A DNA stretch of 64,000 nucleotides from an uncultured Planctomycetales bacterium (lineage in GTDB: Bacteria; Omnitrophota; Gorgyraeia; Gygaellales; Profunditerraquicolaceae): NCBI GenBank assembly GCA_964545575.1, contig CAZJFL010000007.1, positions 31,848 through 95,847 of the forward strand, read 5' to 3'. The notes beneath the pieces were generated by a model, which was given only the letters and a program-made list of their open reading frames with translations, ran no database searches and was not told where the DNA came from. Numbering within the stretch: position 1 is the stretch's first letter; every line of letters begins with the position of its first letter. Positions 58,004-64,000 of this stretch are shown here, piece by piece. A program made the translations under genes and the position numbers.

Positions 58004-58657
58004 TTAAATTATGACTACAAACTCCCCGCGGGGCTTATTTTGTTTAAAATAAGCGATGATTTGGCTGGTCTTTGCGCGCTTGATTTCTTCAAATTTCTTA
58101 GTCAGCTCCCGGGCTACGGCTATCTCTTTATCACCAAAAACCGCTAAAATATCCTCTAAAGTGGCTAAAATGCGGTGGCAGGACTCATAAATGATTATTG
58201 TCATCTTAGCCTTAGCCAGCGTTTTCAGCCGGTTTTTGCGGGCGCCGGAACGGTTAGGCAGGAATCCGGCAAAGATAAATTCATGCGCCGGCTTGCCTGA
58301 AAGCACTAAGGCATTGACAAAAGCGGTTGCTCCCGGGATTACCGTCATCTCAATATTATTTTTTATGGCTAGATTAATTAAATTATAGCCCGGATCTAAA
58401 ATCCCGGGCATCCCTGCGTCTGAAACTAAGGCGATGTTTCTGCCTTCCTGCAAAAGTTTTAACAAATACTCGCCTTTAATAAACCTATTGTGTTGATAGA
58501 AACTGGTGGTGGGAACGCGAATCCCGTAATGGTCAAGTAGAATTTTTGTATGGCGGGTATCTTCGCAGGCGATTAGATCGACGGATTTTAAAACCTCTAC
58601 GGCGCGAAAAGTTATGTCTTTGAGATTGCCTATGGGGGTAGCGACGATATAGAGCAT
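58004..58657 (-). CDS. rsmI: 16S rRNA (cytidine1402-2'-O)-methyltransferase
   Basis: LYIVATPIGNL.DIT.RA, CEDTR, SDAG.P...DPG and ARELTK.FE. Confidence 0.95.
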   Translation of the reverse strand: MLYIVATPIGNLKDITFRAVEVLKSVDLIACEDTRHTKILLDHYGIRVPTTSFYQHNRFIKGEYLLKLLQEGRNIALVSDAGMPGILDPGYNLINLAIKNNIEMTVIPGATAFVNALVLSGKPAHEFIFAGFLPNRSGARKNRLKTLAKAKMTIIIYESCHRILATLEDILAVFGDKEIAVARELTKKFEEIKRAKTSQIIAYFKQNKPRGEFVVII

Positions 58658-60495
58658 TATTCGACGGTGACGGACTTGGCGAGGTTACGCGGCTGGTCGA
58701 CATCGCAGCCGCGTTTTAGCGCAATATGATACGCTAATAATTGCAGCGGCAGCGCTACGATTAACGGAGAAAGGGATTCGCCCACTTTGGGTATATAAAT
58801 TACTTCTCCGGTCAACTCTTGAATATTTTTGTTGCCTTGGGTGGCAATGGCGATGATTTTGCCATGGCGGCTGCGAATCTCCTGGATATTGGAGATCATC
58901 TTATCATAAACCTTAGACTCAACAGCAATACAAACTACGGCGCGGTATTCATCAATAAGGGCAATGGGGCCGTGTTTCATCTCGCCGGCAGCATAGCCTT
59001 CGGCGGGAATATAGGAAATCTCTTTCAGTTTTAATGCCCCCTCTAATGCGGAAGGGAAATTTATGTTTCTACCCAGATACAAAAACGACCCAAAATGCGA
59101 ATGGCGACGGGCGAGGCTGGCAATGGCATTTTGCTGCTTTAACACCGCTTCTTGCTGCTCGGGTATTTTCCTTAGCTCATTCAGATATTTATTAATCCTG
59201 GCCTGCGGTAGGGTTTTGCGGATACCCGCCAGATAAAACGCAAATAAATATAGGGCAACCAGCTGGGCGGTGTAGGCCTTGGTAGAAGCCACGCCTATTT
59301 CCGGGCCGGCGTGGGTATAGATAATGCCGTCGGATTCGCGGGTTATGGTTGAGCCTAAAACATTGCAAATAGAAAGTACGGGTGAGCCGCATTTCCTGGC
59401 CTGTCTTACTCCGGCTAAAGTATCCGCTGTCTCCCCGGACTGGCTCACCGCAATCACCAAAGTATCCGGGCCGATCAATAAATCGCGGTAGCGGAATTCG
59501 CTGGAGACATCCACTGCCGTCGGGATGCCGCATAAAGACTCTAAAATATACTTGCCTACAAAGCCGGCATGATACGCCGTGCCGCAGGCAACGATGGAGA
59601 TCCGCCGGATATTTTTAAGCTTGGCTTCGGGGATACGCTGTTCGGAAAAAATTATTCTGTTCGTGCCCTGCGCTATGCGCAGCTTTAAAAAATTATCGAT
59701 GATTGCGGGCTGTTCATTGATTTCTTTGAGCATAAAATGCTTATAGCCCTGCTTTTCTGCCTGCGTAATATCCCAATTGATACGGGTGGATTTTTTGGAG
59801 AGCTTTCTGCCGTTTAGGCCGGTCACCTGCACGCTGTCTTTGGTCAAGACCGCCACTTCGTTTTCATCTAAAAAGATGATCTCCTTGGTGTACTCTAAAA
59901 CCGCCGGCGCGTCCGAGGCCAGGAAATTCTCGTTTTTCCCTATGCCTAAAATGAGCGGGCTGCCGGAGCGGGCGCCCACCAGCTTATCCGGTTCTTTTTT
60001 GGAAATAACTCCTATAGCAAACGAACCGACGACCAGCTTCAGGGCTTTACGCACTGCTTCTTCCAGCGGCACGCCGCGATAAAACTTTTCAATCAGGTGC
60101 ACCATCACTTCGGTATCAGTCTGGCTTTTAAAACGGTGGCCTTCTTTAATCAGCTTTACCTTTAAGGTTTCGAAGTTTTCGATGATCCCGTTGTGGACAA
60201 CTACAATTTCTCCGCGGCAGTCATCATGCGGATGGGCATTGGCCTGATTCGGAGCGCCGTGCGTAGCCCAGCGGGTATGCGCAACACCGACGGTGCCGAC
60301 AAGGGGTTTATTTTTCAGGATTTTTTCTAGGACAGCGATTTTGCCGGGGGATTTTCTAATCGAAGGGGCATTTTTGCCTGAGAGGATCACTGCCATGCCG
60401 CTTGAGTCATAGCCGCGGTATTCCAGCCGCTTCAGGCCGTTCAATAAAATCGGCTGCGCCTGCCTAACCCCTACGTATCCGACTATTCCGCACAT
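58657..60495 (-). CDS. glmS: Glutamine--fructose-6-phosphate transaminase
   Basis: MCGIVG, HTRWATHG, SQSGETAD and PRNLAKSVTVE. Confidence 0.97.
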   Translation of the reverse strand: MCGIVGYVGVRQAQPILLNGLKRLEYRGYDSSGMAVILSGKNAPSIRKSPGKIAVLEKILKNKPLVGTVGVAHTRWATHGAPNQANAHPHDDCRGEIVVVHNGIIENFETLKVKLIKEGHRFKSQTDTEVMVHLIEKFYRGVPLEEAVRKALKLVVGSFAIGVISKKEPDKLVGARSGSPLILGIGKNENFLASDAPAVLEYTKEIIFLDENEVAVLTKDSVQVTGLNGRKLSKKSTRINWDITQAEKQGYKHFMLKEINEQPAIIDNFLKLRIAQGTNRIIFSEQRIPEAKLKNIRRISIVACGTAYHAGFVGKYILESLCGIPTAVDVSSEFRYRDLLIGPDTLVIAVSQSGETADTLAGVRQARKCGSPVLSICNVLGSTITRESDGIIYTHAGPEIGVASTKAYTAQLVALYLFAFYLAGIRKTLPQARINKYLNELRKIPEQQEAVLKQQNAIASLARRHSHFGSFLYLGRNINFPSALEGALKLKEISYIPAEGYAAGEMKHGPIALIDEYRAVVCIAVESKVYDKMISNIQEIRSRHGKIIAIATQGNKNIQELTGEVIYIPKVGESLSPLIVALPLQLLAYHIALKRGCDVDQPRNLAKSVTVE

Positions 60496-60499
60496 GGTT

Positions 60500-60557
60500 T
60501 AGCTTATCGCTTATGGCTAATCGCTTGTCGTACGATATGCGATAAGCGATATGCCAT
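60500..60557. repeat. Heptamer-built inverted repeat between tRNA-Glu and glmS
   Basis: tagctta tcgctta tggctaa tcgcttg / tatgcga taagcga tatgcca. Confidence 0.6.
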
Positions 60558-60570
60558 TTGTCAATTTAAA

Positions 60571-60645
60571 CGTCCCCAACCGGATTCGAACCGGTGTCGA
60601 GAGCTTGAAAAGCTCTTGTCCTAGGCCAGGCTAGACGATGGGGAC
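60571..60645 (-). tRNA. tRNA-Glu (TTC), CCA not encoded
   Basis: GTCCCCA...AGAGC-TTTTCAA-GCTCT...GTTCGAATC...TGGGGACG. Confidence 0.95.
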
Positions 60646-60652
60646 TTTAAGT

Positions 60653-63082
60653 TTACTCTTCTTCAGCAATCACCGGAGCAACGCAGGATACGCGGTCTTT
60701 ATCCTGCAGCTTAATCAGGCGCACGCCCTGCGCAGAGCGGCCGGTTTCGCGGATGTCTTTCACCGCGCAGCGCAGGAACATCCCGTTTTGGGTAATCACC
60801 ATCAACTCGTCTTTATCGCTGACCGCCTTCAAATTCACTGCCTCGCCGTTTTTATCCGTAACCTTGATATTAATCACGCCCTTGCCTCCGCGCGAGGTCA
60901 GGCGGTATTCCTCTACGGTAGTGCGCTTGGCAAAACCGAGCGAGGTAACCGTCAGGATATCAGAACCTTTTTGCGGGACCACCATATCAATGACTTCGTC
61001 CTTCTTGGCTAAAGATATACCGCGCACGCCGCGCGCGCCCCTGCCCATATCCCGCACTTTGGCCTCGGTAAATCTGACCGCTTTGCCCTGGCGGGTACCG
61101 ATTAATAATTCCTGTTCCCCGTCGGTTAATTCGACGCCGATCAGCGCATCGCCTTTATCCAGAGTAATCCCGATGATCCCGCCCTTGCGCGGATTGCTGT
61201 AAGCGTCGAGCTTAGTTTTTTTGATCTGCCCGTTTTTAGTGACCATCACCAGATATTTATCCGCGGAAAATTCCTTTACCGGTATGGTCGAGCTGATTTT
61301 ATAACCCGCCTCCATCTGCAAAAGATTGATCAGGGCTTTGCCCTTAGAAATCCTGCTTGCCTGTGGAATTTCGTAGACTTTTAACCAGTGCACCTGGCCT
61401 TTATCGGTAAAAATTAAAATGTAGTCTTTAGTGGAGGCGACAAAAAGATGCCCTATGAAATCCTCTTCTTTGACTTCTGCCCCTGTGGCCCCGGTGCCGC
61501 CGCGTTTCTGTTTGCGGTAGGCGCTCACCGGCAGGCGCTTGATATAACCGCCGTGGCTGATGGTAACTACCACATCTTCTTCGGCAATCAAGTCTTCTAC
61601 TTCTAATTCTTCCACTTCTCCCACTATCTCGGTCCTGCGCTCATCGCCGTATTTTTTCTTTAAATTTTCCAACTCCTCTTTAATAATGCCTTTGATCTTC
61701 TTCTCCGAGGCCAGTATCGCCCGGCAAAGCTCGATTTTTTTCAAGAGCTCCACGTATTCGGCGTCGATTTTATCGCGCTCCAAAGCCGTGAGGCGCTGCA
61801 GCTGCATCTCCAGTATCGCCTGCGACTGTATTTCGGATAAATCAAATTCCTTCATCAGGCGCTCTTTGGCGTTCTCGGTATTCTTGGAGGTCTTGATCGT
61901 CTTAATAATGCGGTCGATGAATTTCAGCGCAATTTTCAAGCCTTCCAGGATGTGCGCGCGCCTTAAGGCCTTGTCTAATTCAAACTGCGTCCTGCGCCGG
62001 ATGATGATTTTGCGGTGCTCGATATAATAACCCAACATCTGGTGTAAATTCAGCACCCGCGGCCGGTTTTCTACCAATGCCAGCATAATAACCCCGAAAG
62101 TGCCTTCTAACTGGGTATGCTTAAAAAGCTGATTTAAAATAATCTGCGGCTCGACATCGCGCTTTAATTCTACTACTATGCGCATCCCTTCTTTATCGGA
62201 TTCATCGCGGATGTCGGAAATGCCTTCGATCTTTTTTTCATCCACTAAATTGGCGATCGCTTCTATCAGCGCCGACTTCTGCACCTGATAGGGGATTTCG
62301 CTAACCACGATTAAGTCCTTACCGTTCTTCTGATGCTCGACGGTGGCACGGGCGCGCACGGTGAGCTTCCCGCGGCCAGTAGTATAGGCTTCTTTAATGC
62401 CCCCCTTGCCGCAAATCACGCCACCCGTCGGGAAATCCGGGCCCTTAACATAGCGCATCAGGTCCTTGATATCCGCCTCGGGGTGCTCCAGGAGATAAAT
62501 AATCGCATCGGCGATTTCGTTTAAGTTATGCGGCGGGATGTTGGTGGCCATGCCTACAGCAATACCGCTTGAGCCGTTGACTAATAAATTAGGCAGGGCT
62601 GCCGGCAGTAAAAGCGGCTCCTGCAAAGAAGCATCAAAATTCGGGCCGAAATTAACCGTATCCTTATCAATATCCCCGAGCATCTCATCGGCAATCGCAG
62701 CCAGACGGGCTTCTGTGTAACGCATCGCTGCGGCAGCATCTCCATCAACAGAGCCGAAGTTGCCCTGTCCGTCGACAAGGGGATAACGCAAAGAAAAATC
62801 CTGCGCCATTCTCACTAAGGTATCATAAATCGCCACATCCCCATGCGGATGGTACTTACCCATGGTTTCGCCCACAATACGTGCGCATTTCTTATAGGGC
62901 TTAGAATGCTCGAGCCCCAGATCCTGCATCGCGTAAAGTATGCGCCGGTGCACCGGCTTTAGCCCGTCGCGGATATCCGGGAGGGCGCGCCCGACGATTA
63001 CGCTCATGGCGTAATTCAGGTAGGAATCTTTTACCTCTTCTTCAATGTAAATGGGAATGATTTTTTCGTTACGCGTATACAT
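60653..63082 (-). CDS. gyrA: DNA gyrase subunit A
   Basis: [20 protein letters not shown], GyrA-box QKRGGTG and C-terminal pinwheel repeats. Confidence 0.97.
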   Translation of the reverse strand: MYTRNEKIIPIYIEEEVKDSYLNYAMSVIVGRALPDIRDGLKPVHRRILYAMQDLGLEHSKPYKKCARIVGETMGKYHPHGDVAIYDTLVRMAQDFSLRYPLVDGQGNFGSVDGDAAAAMRYTEARLAAIADEMLGDIDKDTVNFGPNFDASLQEPLLLPAALPNLLVNGSSGIAVGMATNIPPHNLNEIADAIIYLLEHPEADIKDLMRYVKGPDFPTGGVICGKGGIKEAYTTGRGKLTVRARATVEHQKNGKDLIVVSEIPYQVQKSALIEAIANLVDEKKIEGISDIRDESDKEGMRIVVELKRDVEPQIILNQLFKHTQLEGTFGVIMLALVENRPRVLNLHQMLGYYIEHRKIIIRRRTQFELDKALRRAHILEGLKIALKFIDRIIKTIKTSKNTENAKERLMKEFDLSEIQSQAILEMQLQRLTALERDKIDAEYVELLKKIELCRAILASEKKIKGIIKEELENLKKKYGDERRTEIVGEVEELEVEDLIAEEDVVVTISHGGYIKRLPVSAYRKQKRGGTGATGAEVKEEDFIGHLFVASTKDYILIFTDKGQVHWLKVYEIPQASRISKGKALINLLQMEAGYKISSTIPVKEFSADKYLVMVTKNGQIKKTKLDAYSNPRKGGIIGITLDKGDALIGVELTDGEQELLIGTRQGKAVRFTEAKVRDMGRGARGVRGISLAKKDEVIDMVVPQKGSDILTVTSLGFAKRTTVEEYRLTSRGGKGVINIKVTDKNGEAVNLKAVSDKDELMVITQNGMFLRCAVKDIRETGRSAQGVRLIKLQDKDRVSCVAPVIAEEE

Positions 63083-63089
63083 TTTTAAT

Positions 63090-63228
63090 GAGCGCTAAAC
63101 TTATGCACGCGATAGCGTGAATAAGTTTATGCGCGAATTAATACCGCTACCTCGCTCCGTAAATGCCGGGTAGCGGTATAAGTCCGGGCTTATGATTTAT
63201 GTTCGCTTATGCTCCATAAATCATGCCC
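63090..63228. repeat. Three consecutive imperfect hairpins between gyrB and gyrA
   Basis: taaacttat..cacgc-gata-gcgtg..ataagttta; taccgctacc...ggtagcggta; atgatttatg...cataaatcat. Confidence 0.55.
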
Positions 63229-63232
63229 TCAC

Positions 63233-64000
63233 TTATATATCCAGGTTCTTCACCTGGTGTGCGTATTCCTCGATAAATTGCCGGCGCGGCTCAACCTGAT
63301 CCCCCATCAGCACGGTGAACATCTTGTCTGTGGCTACGGCGTCTTCTAAGGTGACTTTTAAAATAGTGCGCTTTTCAGGGTCCATGGTCGTCTCCCAGAG
63401 CTGCTGCGGATTCATCTCGCCTAAACCTTTATATCTTTGAATATGCATCCCCTTGGTAGCTGCCTCCTTGATATAAGCCAAAACCTCGGTGAGGCTAAAA
63501 AGATCGCGCTGCTCCTTTTCGTTAGTAATGCGGTAAGGCGCCTTGGGCTTCTTATCCGCTTCTTTGGCAGAAACCTCCTGCCGGGGCAGGGCTTCGGAAG
63601 CATAAGTAGTAATATCTAAGCCTAGTTTTTCTATTTTCGCCACTGCCTCTTCTACCTCCCGCGCTTCAAAGAGCTCCAAGATATCCGGTTCGTTCTCTTT
63701 ATCTTCCTTGCCAGTAATCGCGGCTAATTCCTTATCTGAAGCGATAAAACGCTCTTTTCCATCCACTTTTACCCTATAAATAGGTATTTTTTTGGTCTTT
63801 GGATGCCTGAAAGTGAGTAATTTTGCTAATTCTACTCCCTTTTTCTCTAACATCTTACCAACCTTCTCCAGCTCTACTAAGAGGTATAATAAGTCTTTAA
63901 ACTGGTTATCAGTAAAGGCCTTTTTATCTTTCAGGCGCAGCAGCTGATGCCCTTCCCGGCCTAAGTCTAAAAGCAGGTCGTCCATTTGTTGTTCGGTCTG
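63233..64000 (-). CDS. gyrB: DNA gyrase subunit B, C-terminal part (begins outside the window)
   Basis: [21 protein letters not shown] and LMGD.VEPRR.FI. Confidence 0.95.
   Translation of the reverse strand, partial: QTEQQMDDLLLDLGREGHQLLRLKDKKAFTDNQFKDLLYLLVELEKVGKMLEKKGVELAKLLTFRHPKTKKIPIYRVKVDGKERFIASDKELAAITGKEDKENEPDILELFEAREVEEAVAKIEKLGLDITTYASEALPRQEVSAKEADKKPKAPYRITNEKEQRDLFSLTEVLAYIKEAATKGMHIQRYKGLGEMNPQQLWETTMDPEKRTILKVTLEDAVATDKMFTVLMGDQVEPRRQFIEEYAHQVKNLDI

Overview
A 64-kb bacterial chromosome segment in which every credible gene lies on the minus strand. The giant secreted protein with a C-terminal GGIDF motif and the E-DUF2764-A-B-D-I-K V/A-ATPase layout suggest Candidatus Omnitrophota (OP3); this is inferred, not checked. 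In transcription order (right to left): gyrB (partial), gyrA, tRNA-Glu, glmS, rsmI, a 4070-aa modular protein, an HTH/Doc toxin-antitoxin pair, a PyrR-attenuated pyrimidine cluster (pyrR-B-C, carA-B, pyrK, pyrD-F) interleaved with unrelated genes including an intein-containing EndoQ and tRNA-Arg, a probable Na+ V/A-ATPase, tRNA-Val and tRNA-Asp, a tRNA-binding/YkgJ/DUF2156/DEDDh-WYL group, hypF (short)/C/D...hypE, two ATP-grasp ligases plus KamA, EF-G2, a truncated YchF and purH (partial). Most notable: the giant multi-enzyme protein bracketed by a 12-bp inverted repeat; a CarA lacking its glutaminase triad; a dispersed hairpin with covarying stems and an invariant loop; and 7-nt-period repeats of differing sequence inserted in frame in housekeeping genes. 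All protein calls come from motif recognition by eye; no searches were run.
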